Below, one piece after another: positions 1 through 15,300 of a stretch of DNA of 64,000 nt. The DNA lies in assembly GCA_964035545.1 (NCBI GenBank), contig OZ037772.1, forward strand, positions 7,424,889 through 7,488,888, given 5' to 3'. The notes beneath the pieces are model-generated. The model saw nothing but the letters and a program-made list of their open reading frames with translations, searched no databases and had not been told where the DNA came from. The first letter of the stretch is position 1; each line of letters starts with the position of its first letter. A program made the position numbers and the translations under genes. Source of the stretch: Bugula neritina (lineage: Eukaryota; Animalia; Bryozoa).

Positions 1-180
1 ACGGATAAAAATCTCTTGCATGCACTGCCTTAGTATACCTACTGTGCAGAATACAAATATTGTATGTTATAACTACAAGAAGCCACAATGACTAAGAATA
101 GACTGTGCCGTAACTCTAAACTACAATTTAAAACACTGAAAAGGGGTTCCTGTATGTAAGACAGCGCAGTAACGGGTTAC

Positions 181-319
181 CTGTGAGATTGTTATAAGTG
201 CCAAGGTCACACGGGTACTGGGTGTCGTAGTCTGTCCCCAGGGGGCAGTAGTAGCCGACTGGACATAGATATGCGTCTGGTAGTTCGACGGGACCGAAAG
301 TGGCGTTGCAGTATCGACC
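181..319 (-). CDS. Cys-repeat gene exon E94
   Basis: AG/GT, phase 0>1; GRYCNATFGPVELPDAYLCP. Confidence 0.88.
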
Positions 320-3300
320 CTAGTGATGTAATAACGAACATGAGTATATGATGGTGAGTCTCTGTCACGGAAAAATAGCGATTCTAACAGAAAATGGATA
401 TAAAATCAGGGAAACTAGCAATAATTTAAACAATAAAAACAATTATTCTTTGAAAAATAAGGCTAAAATATAAACTAAAGTGTAAAAAATACCGAGTCTC
501 AAGTATTATACATTAGTTTTAAATCCTCACAAGCAGTAGACTAACCTGGGGGCACACTTTACATGTCCACTTGCCCGTCTCGTCCTGATAGTGACCACTA
601 GGACATGGAGCAGGGGCTACAGAGCCTGTGGTACAGTAGTGAGCTACGGGGCAGAGGTAGGGGCCGGGAGAGTGGGTGGACTGACCAGCTGGACAGTAGT
701 ACCCCTGGCTACACTCCCCTGTGACATCATCTTGACCTGAACCGTCGCAGTAAAACCCTGTGAAGCGTAAAATATAGATTAGCAAACAGCAGGACAAACA
801 TAGCTAAAAGCAGCACAAAGGTGAGGGTTATTGAATGCAATGTTTGTCTGAACTAATACTCCCCAAAACCATTCCACTTAGTGAGTTTCTTGAACTGTTA
901 TATAAGTCGCTCCCAGTTGGGGGTGACTAGGTGCAGTAGTTTAGGGTTCTCGAGTTTTAATTAAAACCTTAAACTATTGCACTCAGTCACCCCAACTCGG
1001 AGCTGCTTATAAAACAATTGGATTTCTTCAGTGAAACACGCAATAGTCTAGAACCTAACAAGTTTGGAAAGATGAAGTATCACTTACCGGGTACACAGTC
1101 TATGCAGTTGCTAAGCATGGTGTTTCCTGTTGTGTTGAGATACGTGCCTTGAGGGCAGGCAGTCGGTGCAGTGGAGTTCTCAGGACAGTAGTAGCCTGTG
1201 GGGCATATGTCTCCAGTCACTCCGTCAGTAGGGGTGGAGTTGTAGGCACCCAGAGTACAGAAGTATCCTAAAACAGGGTCACTGAGGCTACAGAAATTAA
1301 AACTTTTGCATTTTCTATCAGTAATTTCTCCAACAATATTGTAAATGACAACAGTTAAACAAAAGAATATTTCTGCAGAAAGCAATTTCCAAAAATCTGC
1401 AGTAGATGAATGTTATCTGCAGAAGTGCACACTATACCTTGCTGACAAGGGCCGGTTGGCAAGGCAAGCCGCTGCCGCACACAGAAGTATCCGCCATCAC
1501 ACGGCAGCGGGGCGGAACTGCCTCCTGGACAGTACTCTCCGGCATCACAGAAACCGCCCTGAGATGCTGACGTTGGCATTGGCTGGACGGCAGCACCAGA
1601 ACAGTACCAGCCCTCGCTGTAACAGAAAGTATGCGGCGCTACAATACTGTAATTGTAGTTAGCTAGCTACTGTGCCTTTACAACACCAAGTTTAAGATCA
1701 AACATAGAACTGTTTTAAAAGTTGGTTGCAAATCATTCTGAGCTTCGAGATGAAAATTTTGTCTTTTGTGAGAAAAAAAAGAGAAATCCAGAGTTAACAG
1801 ATCGCTAAACACAAATATCAACAGTATTTCCTCCGTTAGTGAAAACTTATACACAAATTGTTGTCTACAAATTAAAAAAAAAACTTTTGCCTCTTCAAAG
1901 CAGCTTAGCAAATACTTGTATACAGTAACACACCTGCAGTTGGACGTAGGAGCAGAATTGCCCGCCCCTTGACAGTACATGCCCGGAGTACAATCCAGAC
2001 AAGCTGATTGGTTGATGGAGCCGGCAGACGGATTGAAAGTTCCAGCGGGACACGGGAATTCATTGCTGTCTGTCGTGTTCTCCGGGCAGTATCTGCCTAC
2101 AGGGCATTCGGTGTCCATATAGTCTGTAGAGTTGGCTGTGCAGTAGTAACCTGCGGGTAAGAATAACATGACACTCAGACTATGAACTATATACTCAGAC
2201 TATATACTGTATACTCAGACTACACACTATATACTCAGACTACACACTGTATACTCAGACCATACACTGTATACTCAGACTACACACTATATACTCAGAC
2301 TATACACTATATACTCAGACTATACACTATATACTCAGACTACACACTATATACTCAGACTACACACTGCATACTCAGACTACACACTATATACTCAGAC
2401 TACACACTGTATACTCAGACTGTATACTCAGACTATGGACTGTATACTCAGACTATACACTATATTCTCAGACTAGACACCGTATACTCAGACTACACAC
2501 TGCATACTCAGACTACACACTGCATACTCAGACTATCTCACCAGCTGGGCACGTCTTGCAGTAGTCCTTCCCCAACTCATCTTGATAACTTCCAGCCGGA
2601 CACCCGGAAGGTTCCACAGAGCCGGTGGGACAGAAGTAGCCTCTGGGACAGATATCACCAAAGCCCGTATGACCTCCCACAAGCGGACAAGAAGCCGGGT
2701 ATGTACTGCAACAGAGAGCCCAGACTAAGCTAGAAATAGGTTCCCCAGAGACAAACAGAAACTTGTTCAAAGGCAAACATAAAGTCTACAAACCTGTTAG
2801 AGTGAGAATTGTCGGGCATTGGTGTGTCCACCCCTCCTGAGCAGTAATAGCCTGCACTACAGGGTCCCGAGCTTTGGGTCATGGCCAGATCTTCACAATA
2901 ATCACCCTACACGGTACAGAGAAGGAACATAACTTCTCATTTAAAGTTTACTATTCTTCATTTCTTTCACCGCAGTTTATGAATTTTATAACTAAAACTG
3001 CTAGCGTGAGGTGATATTCTCTGTACTGTTGGCATAAATTACAAGCAACATGTTGAAACAACTTATTTGATAATTTTTTACTTTTTTCAGCAAATACAGT
3101 TTTGCTTTTAGTGATAATACAGAATATTAAACTTTTAGACTGAGTTCTGGAATAGAGACTAACCGGGGGACAGTCCTTGCACTGAACTACACTGTACAAG
3201 TTGGTGTAGTTACTGTAGGTGCCAGGAGGGCAAGGTTCAAGGTCACTTCCTGTCCCGGCAGAACAATAGTATCCCGCAGAACAGTCGAAATACCCGGGAG

Positions 3301-6300
3301 ACGGGTCGGACACGTTAGATGGAAGACAGAAGTACCTGCAACAGGAAATACATGCAGACAACACACAGACAGTAAATACATGCGGACACACAGACAGACA
3401 CGAACCACTATGACAGCAGAGAATGGCAGAGCATGAGAACGAGAAGTCAACTCCCAATGTTTTTGAGTAATAGTTGTAGCTGCTCATACAATACATTGCG
3501 AAGAGAGTGATGTAAAATATAGTTACCCGTTGGGACAGGTGGTGCAGTTGGACATCCCGGAGGTATTGGTATAGGTGCCGGGTTGGCAGGCGAGAGGAAT
3601 GGCGGACAGAGCTGGACAGTGGAGACCAGCTGGACACTCGAGTTCTGTTCTCGAGTCTGAACCTGCAAAAACGGAAAGAATATCATGTCAAGGTCATTAT
3701 TATATTGATGAGACTTTCATATTACATTGCAATGTCCTAACAAGGGAATAAAAAGGAATACAACTCTATAAAATATCGAACTATTAAATATAGCGGAGCA
3801 TGGGGCAAAGATAGCTTTTTGCACCATTTTGTAAATACTTTGAATGATCTTTTATTTGAAATAATCCAACTGAGTTCAGACTTTTTTCTCTTTGTTAACG
3901 TCTACTTATTAGTCAGTATTTACACTAAATTTCACTACGTGTTTTCATGTCTATGTACTAAATAAACAAACAAATAGATCAAGCAACTCCCAAAATTTGC
4001 CAACTTGTACCCTATAGGTTTATCTTTACTTTACTCAGAGATATAAAACATCTTGAGACATAATACAATATACAATATAATATAATATAATATAATATAA
4101 CATAATATAATATAGTATAATATAATATAATACAATATATTGTTAAGGACAGAAAACTTGAGAAGGTAGCTTGAGAACCATATAGCCTACCCTGGGGACA
4201 GTAGTATCCGGCTACACACTCAAAGTCGGGCTGGGTAAGACCCGTCCCCTCACAAGCGTATCCTGGTTCACAGAGGGTACACTGAGCAAAGCTGTCAAGT
4301 TGAGTGGAGTTACTGTAGCTGCCGGCAGGACACCTTTGAGGTGTGTGCGTCCCTGTGAAGGAGTCAGCGATAATAATATAATAGATTATAATATATAATA
4401 AGTTATAATATATTATATAATAGTATTGAACCATTAATATATATCATAATATATACAGAGTAAAGTAAATAATATGTAAACTAGTATAACAGATTAAAAT
4501 ATATTATGTTATATATTATTATATAATATAATATTATATTATACTATCTTATAATCATCTCATATCTTATTATATTTCATATAATATATAATATAAAACA
4601 TTTTACAGAAAAAATAATATATAACATAATATGTGCAGAAAAAAATAAACAAGATATGACTCAATATAATACATAATATATGATGCACAATTATAAACAT
4701 TATAATTATTCATAATTTGCAACATAAAACATAACATAAAGAATATATATTATGTAAAAACAATATTTATATAATAAAACCTAAATAAAATATACATAAC
4801 AAAGTAGGTAGTATATAATATTGTTAAATATATATCATATATTAAACTAAAACAGAATATATAATTCATATAAGACACTACACACTAATAGTGAGTGACC
4901 AAAAAAGAGTTTTCAAGATAACACAAGCAGGTAATACTGATTTACTCAGTACTTAGCCAGTGAAACTCAACAGACTGCAGCCCCAGATATAAACAGCAGC
5001 TAGAAACTGAGGCTAAACAGTAAGAAGAGAGGTCGGGATAAGACGTACCAGTGGGACAGAATCTACCAACAGGGCAGACGTTCTGTGTAGACTGAGTACT
5101 AGCAGAGCCACAGTAGAAGCCAGGGGAGCACAGGCCAGCTGGTTCCAACAGTGCTACACCATCACAGTAGTATCCTGTGGAATAGACAGTCAGAGGTATG
5201 TAAACCCACATGAGTTTATAGTTACTATCCCTGTGATATACCCCTGGGAAAAAGGTTTTTTTTTAAAGTTGGTTAAGGATTTATTCAGATGTGACACAGG
5301 AGCAATTATGACTAATTGCTCTTCCTAACATCACCAACGCCGTTACTAAAATTCGAACCCACGACTCCATGTTTACTAAGCCAGTGTTGTAACAGCTAGA
5401 CCACGTCTGCTCAATAATAATCAAACACTTGTGATAGACTAAAATCCTAAACTATTCAGTGATTAGACTAAATTCCAATGCAATTCATTCGTGTTTGCTG
5501 CAAACAAGAACGAAAGTCAAATACCAACAGCACCATGTTAACATAAAAGCAGAATAGCATTGAGATCAATTTAGAGTCAAAGCTACTGTCATTTTGAGTC
5601 TACCACTCAATCAGTAGATGTTATAAGACAGTATATAAGTGTAAAACTGTAGACCAAGACTTAGACTAAACAGCACTAACCTGGGTCACAGTTGATACAT
5701 TGAGTAACATTTCCTAGCCCAGTTTGGTTGCTGTAAGTACCCTGTGGACACGGGACGGGCTCGGTCGTACCTTCCTCGCAGTAATAGCCTTCGGGGCAGA
5801 TGTTGGCGTCTGCTCCTTGACTGGGCGCAGCTTGTGTAGCCCCGGTTCTACAGAAATATCCGGGGGAACAAGGGGTGGAGGGCCACACCGTCCCTGATGT
5901 GCAATAATAACCACCTGTAAAAAGGAAACTCAGGTAAAACTGAAATTACATTTATATTATATAATAGCACATTATTCTTATGTAGTGCTACAGTAATACA
6001 TATTGTACATATGTAATTACAGTAATAGAAAAATAAATTACCCCATTAACATATGAACATAATTAATAGTAACATATAATATAATAAGTCGAAAAATAAA
6101 CAAATAAAATAAAATAAAATAATTAATAACATATTACTAAATAAATAAAATATTACATAAATACAGTAGCATGTAACAGTAATATAAAAATAATACATAA
6201 TATTACTGTAGCACCATAGTAAAATTTGAGCATAATAATATGGTAATATAATATAACCACATAGTAATACAATATAACCATATAGTAATATAATATCAGT

Positions 6301-9300
6301 CATATAGTAATATAATATAACCATATAGTAACACAACATAATTATATAGTAATATAATATTAGTCATATACATCAACAAATCATTGGTTGTACAGATTGC
6401 AAATGACCAATCAGAACACTCATCACATGTATATCTATCTAGTCACCCAATCAGCAGGCTGCTAGCAAACAGACTCACCTAGACAGCTCTGACACTCCTC
6501 CCCCACAGTGAGAGTGGTGCCGTTGTTGAAAGTCCCGCTAGGACAAGGATACTCGTATGCTGATTTGGTGAAGTTGGGACAGAAATAGCCCTGGGGGCAT
6601 GGGTAGTACGTGTAGTTGGTGATGGGGGTAGTTGTGGGGTCACAGTAATAGCCCGGCTGGCAGTCCTTGCACTCAAACTGTCTTGTTTCGTCTTGATAAG
6701 TACCAGGCGGACACAAAAGGGGTTCCTCTGAACCTAAAACATAATATTAGAGTAAGTATTAGGAGTTATCTCCTCCAACTACAGCAGCTCACAAAATGCA
6801 TTGTTAAAAGTTTTCAGAATTGTCATCCCTATGTTGTGAAGAAAATTGCTACAAAAGCACTAAAAATTCGGGGAAAATCGAAGTTGTCTGCTCTAATAGC
6901 TTATTCTAATTATATTTTATCCTTCAATGAATGTCTGGTGTGAAAATCTATCTTCTGCAAAAGACTATCAGTTATAAAACAAGTATGAATGAGTAAAACT
7001 ATTTAAAATGCCAATTTATGCAGGTTACCATAATCGAAGTTGCTGGAATGACAAATTTGAAATTCAACTCTACCTGTAGGGCAATGATAGCCTGGGGGGC
7101 ACTCATAGCCAGACGGGTTGTCTACAGTCTGTCCTTCCTCACAATAATACCCAGCAAGACAGTCCCCAGAAACTGAGCTAAGTGCAGACGTGTTGCAGTA
7201 ACTTCCAGGTGTGCACTGTAAAACAGAGTTTATACGATACAGCAGACTACAGTACAGCAGACTACAGTACAGCAGACTACAGTACAGCAGACTACAGTAC
7301 AGCAGACTACAGTACAGCAGACTACAGTACAGCAGACTACAGTACAGCAGACTACAGTACAGCAGACTACAGTACAGCAGACTACAGTACAGCAGACTAC
7401 AGTACAGCAGACTACAGTACAGCAGACTACAGTACAGCAGACTACAGTACAGCAGACTACAGTACAGCAGACTACAGTACAGCAGACTACAGTACAGCAG
7501 ACTACAGTACAGCAGACTACAGTACAGCAGACTACAGTACAGCAGACTACAGTACAGCAGACGAGAAAGGAGAAGATACGAGAGGAGAAGATAAGAGAGG
7601 AGAAAATGAGGGAGGAGAAGATAAGAGAGGAGAGGATGAGGAAGGAGAAGATAAGAGTAGAGCAGACGACATAAGTACAGCATACACTGGAGATCAGCAG
7701 ATGACACAAATATAATAGTTAACATGATATGTAGGAGATGACGTAGTTTGAACAAGTCCATACATTTGCAATGAGTGCAGTAAGTAGAACAACCAACAAG
7801 GCCACTGAAAAGCTGCATTCTGCAGACATGAAAACTATAATTGATTAATGCAGCAAAATAATTCAAGGTTACTGAATAATTGCAGCATAAGTAGTTGCAA
7901 TGAATGTAGTCATAGTCAATGTAGTCATAGTCAATATAGTCATAGTCAATGTAGTCATAGACTCATAGTCCATGTAGTCACAGTCAATGTAGTTACAAAT
8001 GATGTCATAGTCACTCATAGTCCATGTAGTAATAGTGAATATAGTCATAGTGAATGTAGTCATAGTGAATGTTGTCATAGTCCATGTAGTCATAGTCAAT
8101 GTAGTTATAGTCAATGTAGTCATAGTCAATGTAGTTACAAATGATGTCATAGTGGAGGTAATATTATTATAATACCTAAGATAATCATAGCTGTTAAATT
8201 ACCATCACTTTTTAATACTCAACAGGAAATATTTTCTAAAGATTCTCTAGAACATCTTCTGTAAACATTATGTAGACTTACAATGATGCACCAGGAAACG
8301 TTTGTAGCCCTGAAACTTGGTTGATAATAACCAGCATCACAGGGGGTCGGGTAGGAGCTGCCCTCAAGGCAGTAGAAACCTGGGCCACACTCATCTCCTC
8401 CCTCTCCACTTGGTGTCACTAAAACACAGCCACAGATAATGTTAGATTTTGAAAATAACACACTAAGAGAAATGTAATACCTAAATGAAGATTGCTTGGA
8501 CAATTGAATAACAACGAGGGAAGAACTTATGAACAAAAATAGAATAATAAACAAACATATGCATAATGCATAATGCAAACACCATATTATGATCTCAATG
8601 CAAGTCTAATCACAGCTATCAAAGATAGGACACAACACAACACAACACACTGGGTGCATTTACTCAAAGTCTGATGTTAAAGTGATAAATAAAACCCACT
8701 CAGATTAGAATCTATATAGGTCTATGGCTAGATAATATATTAACTCAATGAAAAAAGTCATTTTCCCATCCACAAGTTCAAAGTTCATTTACAATACCTT
8801 CCCTGAAGTATGCAAGTGCAGATGCATTGCTGAGGTTTGATTTACAACAACATAACTAACTATTGTTTCAATAGCCTAAGATCTTACTTGTTGTGCTGTT
8901 TCCAGAGCAGTAGAAGCCGGGGGCGCATAACCCTCCCGTATCGTTCATCATGTTGATGTGACAGTAGCTGCCGGGGTCACACGGGGTTGGCGTAGAGCTG
9001 CCTATAGGACAATACTCTCCCGCCACACAGAAACCACCTTGGGGAGAACTCGGCTGAGCAAACCAGGATCCCAGGGTGCAGAACCAACCAGCGTCACACT
9101 GTGCAGTGACAGCAGACAACCCTGTGCCCTCACAGTACCTGTGTTAGGAAAATACTATGTGTACTCTCACAGTACCTGTGTTAGGAATATACGATGTGTA
9201 CCCTCGCAATACGTGTTCTAGGTGATTGTTAGATAGATCAACAGAATAGATACTGTGTGCTTAACCCATGTGTGGCGAAAAAATACCAGTACGATGCTTC

Positions 9301-12300
9301 ATGGCATTGTTTCTAGTTTTTAGTAAACATACACCAGCAGAGTTTATCATTATGATTATATAACTCCCAAGAAAACATAAGCCCTGCCCACTTACCAGCC
9401 GGGAGTACACGGCACGCAGGAGTTGACATCGCGTTGACCTTGGAGAGAGTTGAACGTCCCGCGGGGACAGGGGAACTCAAGGTCATATGTCGTAGCGTTG
9501 GGACAGTAATGACCGGAGGGACAGACAGTTTCTGTGTAGGTAGTAGAGTTGACCAGACAGTAGTAACCTTCTGGACACTCCTTGCAGTCAGCCTGCCCGG
9601 TTTCATCCTGCAACAGAACTCAGTCTAAGAATTGAGGTAGTCAGGAGAATGCTGTGTCACTGATGGAATTTTCTAGAATCAATCGGTTTAAGTTTGCTTA
9701 GAATTTCAAACAATGAAAAGGGACAGGAATCACACAATGTAGAAGTGTTTTCACCAAAAAGTATCTAAACAGTAAACACATTTATGCACAATTCCACTTT
9801 GTGGTTACGGTATAAAACTATAGTGTAAATAGTTCCCTTTTTTATCTCGAGAAGATTCAATATTAGATACACATAATATTACCACTGGGTGATTCTACAA
9901 CATTTGTATAATCATTATCACCTTGTATTAATACCATCATTTTGTATCAACATTATACAAATACATTCCTTGGGCATAATTTTCAAGCCCACTGCAGACC
10001 CTATATCTACAGTTATACTCATAACCAACCATTTTTGCATCACTTTTAGTATTTCCTGGTGCTTCACATCTGTATAAGCTATTAGGTATGTCAAACAGTA
10101 CGTATAGCACACACCTATGCTATGGCAGATAGCAAGTATAGCTCACATACATGCTATAGGACATAGCAAGTATAGCACACATAAGCTAAGTTATATTTAC
10201 CTGATAGTATCCGGCAGGACAGCTTAAAGGTAGCCTTGTCTCCCCTGGACAGTAATAGCCTGTGGGACAGACACCTCCACTGCCCGTGTTGTTATTGTTG
10301 GGGGCTGCTGTGTCCACCCCGGATTCGCACCAGAATCCAGGAGCACAGGCCGCGACCGGGGCCGTCAAGTTTGTTATGTCACAATACCAGCCTGAAAACA
10401 GCTCATAATGATGCAATCAACAACCGCAGGATTGTTCAGCAGATGGTGATGTCATGGAAATTCCATTTCAAATCATAAGGAAAAGCCAGTCCAGTTAAAT
10501 TCTCAAAATCAAGAGATTTATTTATGAAAGGGAATCAATTACTATGTTTTCCCGCCACCCGCGCAGGACCACGGCGGTGAAAGGTGACCAAGGTGACCAA
10601 TCAATTACTATGTTTACAAGGTTTGCATTTGAGAGTGGGCTTTTATTTGATATTTAGAGACAGTTGCATTGAATGAAACCAAAATCTTTAGCTCATGCAA
10701 ACCATTCTCATTTTCATGATGCAAAGTTATGGAAACGCAGTGAATTTAAATGTACGGAAAAAGAAGCACAAATTTCTATTGTAAAATGTGAAACAACAAA
10801 ATTAATTATTCCATTAGCGACAAGCCCCTAAACCATATTTGAAAAATTATGTTTTCCTGATTCGTAATGTAGATCAGCAGTAATGAAAGTCTCGCAAATG
10901 AAAACCAAATCGCATGTGAACTATTGTCTACATGGTCTTACATACCAGAATCACAGTCTAAGCATTGGCTTTCAGCATATAGCCCAAGTTCATTGCTGTA
11001 GGTACCAGCTGGACAGGCTTTCCAGTCCATGCCCGTACCGGCAGGGCAATAGAACCCTCTGGGACACAGTCTATGTCCTGATGAACTGTTTCCTTCCACC
11101 ACCTAGAGATCACATTTAGTATGATATTCTCGAGTTTGGAGTTGGGGGTTTAGTAGAACCCCCAACACCAAACTTGAGAACCTAAACTACTGCACTCAGT
11201 CACCCCCAACTCGGTGCTGCTTATAGAATCCGTCAAAAAGTTTACAAAACAAGAAGCACATGTAATGTATCTGTATGCAAAAATCCCTTGTAGCTAAGAG
11301 CCGGTAAAGTTGTGAACATTCCTGGAAACAACAATATTTGTTCTCGAAAAAAGGACTTGCGAATTCTCCGCAAAGCCTCATAGAAACAATTTGCAGTGTT
11401 GTGATTACCCACTAGCCCCTGTAGTGTGATGGTTAGTGGATGAGCTTAAAAATCAGAGGTCTGTGGTTTGATTCCAGGTGGGGGAAATTATTCTACACAG
11501 TTGAATGACTCATGAAACAGCAGAGAACCAAACAGCTGCAAGCTTTTAGAGTAATCAAACATCCCTCCAATCAGTTGGCAAGAAAAATGGCATTCATTGA
11601 ACTAAGCGACCAATCATCTGCGAGCTTTTAAAGTAATCAAACATAATTATATTGAACTAAGCGACCAATCAGAAACCACCTACCTCTTCAGGCACGCAGT
11701 AATATCTGTCAGGGCACTGGGCGCATGTCGCCTGCTGAGTAAGATTTGTGAAAGTTCCGGAAGGACAAGGGACTGGCAGGGAGCTGCCCACTGGACAGTG
11801 TAGACCAATAGGGCAGCCGAACTCTACAGGGGTGGATACGGAGACTCCCCCTGGACAGTAGAACCCCTCCTCGCAGTCACCAACTGCAGACGTCAGACCT
11901 ACAGCAGAGCACAATAATATCTACAGCAGAGCACAGTGATATCTACAGATACGTCTGCTTCTACAAGAAAGTATAATGGCGGGTGTAACTGTAAAACCAT
12001 AGCACGGGCTCCATGATAAATTTATGTTATTGGTTATAGAATTTTTGAGTCAAACACCAACCCTCAAACTAACAACTAGAAATATACGAGATAATTTTGA
12101 AAAAAAATTGATAATTTGACTATGACACAACATAATTATAAAACACTGTTTACAACAATTATATTCTCACAATTCAATCCATATGAAAGCAGATGATGTT
12201 TCAATTCTGCCACAGACTAAGTTGTTTGCTTTAAAAGAAGAAAAAAAATGGCCGGATTTAGTAGATCAGATGAGTAGTTTGGAGATGGGGTAAATCACCT

Positions 12301-15300
12301 GTATCGTTGCAGTATTTTCCAGGATCACAGGCTGAACACTGAGTGACATTGTGTAGCCGAGGAGTGTTGGAGTAGGTACCCTGAGGACACGGGGTGGGCG
12401 AGGGGGAGCCCCTATCGCAGTAACTACCAGCTGGACACTCAACTTCGTCGGCTTGAACTGAGCCGTTAGGACAGTAGAATCTGAAAAATAAGACAGGAAG
12501 TGTAACAGGAAACAGGAAACCGCCTTCTACCGCAGCTGAGTTTCTCGTGTCATCAGAGACAATGAAAAATGCATGGAGAGGGAATTCTTTCAAATTTATT
12601 ATTTTTGGATTTTTTTCACTGCACAGTTTTGTTCTCCAACATCAGAGATTCACTTGTTGACTGCATATGAATTATTTGTAACAAACTAAGTTAGTCTACA
12701 ATCTCCATAAGTGTATCCAGATTCTGTAGACTTAGGCAGTTCACAGCAAGCATCTAGACTATAGAGCCTAGAGCACTGGCTCAGTAAACACTGTTGTACC
12801 TCGCAATGGTAGTAGGTGATTGGAGAACATGCCATGTATGAGTACTTTGAGGGGCAGCCGTGGTTTGGGGACAAGAGCATTGGCTTAGCAAATAAAAATC
12901 ATGGGTTCGAACCCCAGTAAAGGTCATTGGTGATGTTAGGAAGAGCATCCAGTCATAATTGCTCCTGTGACACATCTTAATAAGTATTTAGCCTGATTTA
13001 ACAAAACACTTTCCATCAGGGGTTCCTCACAGGGATAGTATTGTTACAGAAAATAAAAGTTATTTCAGTAAAGTAAGAAAACTCTCAAATTGAGAGAAAT
13101 AGCAAATATTGCATTCTATTTATATTCACCTTTCATAAACAAACTCAGGAAACTTTGACACTAACCCTGGTTCACAGATAACGTCAGGTTGGGTGAGGGC
13201 CGTGCTAGTACACGCCCAGCCTGAATCACACCAAACACAGTCAGTAGCAGCCACTAAACCAGTCTGATTGGAGTAAGTTCCTTTACTACAAGCTGCAGGA
13301 GAGGATGTAGCCAAGGGGCAGTAATACCCCCTAGGACAAATATCTGCATCCGGCCCTTGCCTGGGTGTGGCTGTCTCAGCGTACTGCACACAGAAATACC
13401 CTGAAAATACAGAAGGAAATCGGTTAGTTTTATCAGTTTAGTGTGATTTAATCATTCATGAGAATACAGGCTACTCATAATAAAAGAAAAAAAACCTGTA
13501 TTGTATTGTATTAAACTACTGCAATAATAATTGAATTAAATAAAAAGACAAGCAAAATGGTGGATTCAACAAGTCCCCACAGCATTGAAAGCAAATGAAA
13601 GCAAATGAAAAGAACCTATTATCTAATTTGTATTGACTTTATACAGATCAGTAAACATAACAATCAGTCAAACAAAAGTTAAACCATGTAAGCACAAGAC
13701 ATGGTGAAAATGATCACTAAACAAATATCTTGTGAGAAAGTAGTTAGAATTACACAATAGAAAATGCTAGAAAGTCCATCATGAAACATGTGTAACATCA
13801 ACAATCTTTCATCAGCCCTTAAACTATTCCTCAGTAACAAACTATCAGATGCTGTACCTGCGTTACATGGGAAATCATCTCCCCTGACCAGACCTTCAGT
13901 CGGACAATAGTGACCTGCAGGACACGGAGAACACTGTTCATGTGACCATAGTCCGGTTCTGTTGTTGTAGGTCCCTACAGGGCAGGGGAACTCATCTGCA
14001 TATCTCGTACCTGACAGAAGTGTGAGAGGATTTGATTGGCTACTTGTATATAACTACATGTATGGAAATATATGGCCATATGTGTGACATCATATTAGGA
14101 AAATCAGTTTTTCATGATAAGAATTGTGTAGATATGACAGCTTGTAAATGTTTACACAATCAACTTGCTGAGAGCTGCTGGCAAATGGGGTGTGATAGAT
14201 AACTTCTTTACCATAAGTACATGTGCAGATAAGATATGCAAAGAATAGAAGCGAGTTTATATACAATTAAAGCAATTTAAAACCAACATTGCACTATCAG
14301 CTTTCCGTTACTTCACAAATGGTTGCTCATATGTACGAGTTGGTGTTTTCAAAATTTCTCAACGCAACTGTTTCTAAAAAGAGTGAATTAAAAACCTGCT
14401 CCCAATATAATGCAAAGCTTAAAGACTTAGTAAACATAACACAGAGAAAGATATTAGTTGGTTGCTAAGTAGACTTCAAATCTCGGCCATTTTCAGTAAA
14501 CCAGGTGTGTATGTTATACAAGATAGAGTGAAACTCTTACCAACTGGACAGAAATATCCCGGTGGACAGAGCGTTGTGTCATTGTCCAGCACAACTATTC
14601 CCATAGTGTTGTCACAGAAATAGCCTATAAAATAACAATATTTACAAGTATTATTAATATGCATAGAGTTCCTGGTGAAGCAATCAGAAAATATCTTCCT
14701 TTGAAATTACTACAACTTGAAATGCCTTCAGTTATGGGCCATTTTACTTTAGTACACATTATGGTATTGTGAAAAAAAAAACCATAGCGTGCTTAAAGTT
14801 CATTAAAATTTATCACCTAGGATATATTTATCCGCTGATTCTAACTATGCATAGCAAAAAAGGCGGGGAGGGGGTTTTGCAGCTTTGTCATACAAACTGA
14901 TGGAAAAAGCATTACATGTCAATTTACTGAAATATTAAGAAAAGACCATAAAAAAATCAAGCAAAATTAGAACAAACCGCGATTATTCAGCTGTATTTGC
15001 TAATATTTCATAACTTTAGGGCAAGAAACTATATATATTGTCAGCTAAGTTGTGAAAAATAGCTAAAATAAGGAGTCTCAAGTGTGTATTTAAATAAGAA
15101 GTTTATGCGCATTCAATTATGGACAGATTACGAGGTTCAGATCAAATTGATACGATATCCTGAGTGGTGATGTGTGCTAACAAAACTGAGCAACTCCAGT
15201 CAAGGCTATTCATCAATGAGTAAATTATTAAATCAAACATCCTCTTTATTGTATTGAAGTTCCTATGAGTCATTGCTACTTCCACACCTTATAATCTGTA

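Noticed and set aside
2182-2733. 183-aa + strand ORF
   Set aside because: 20-bp minisatellite read-through plus antisense of E89.
7003-7866. Long ORFs on both strands (LLYCS, TADYS, YSRLQ and CCTVV repeats)
   Set aside because: Translation of a stop-free 15-bp minisatellite in an intron; only 7074-7215 is exon.
11412-11485. tRNA-like sequence (TGTGATGGTTAG ... GGTTTGATTCC)
   Set aside because: A/B boxes are degenerate and I could not fold a convincing cloverleaf; more likely a decayed SINE head.
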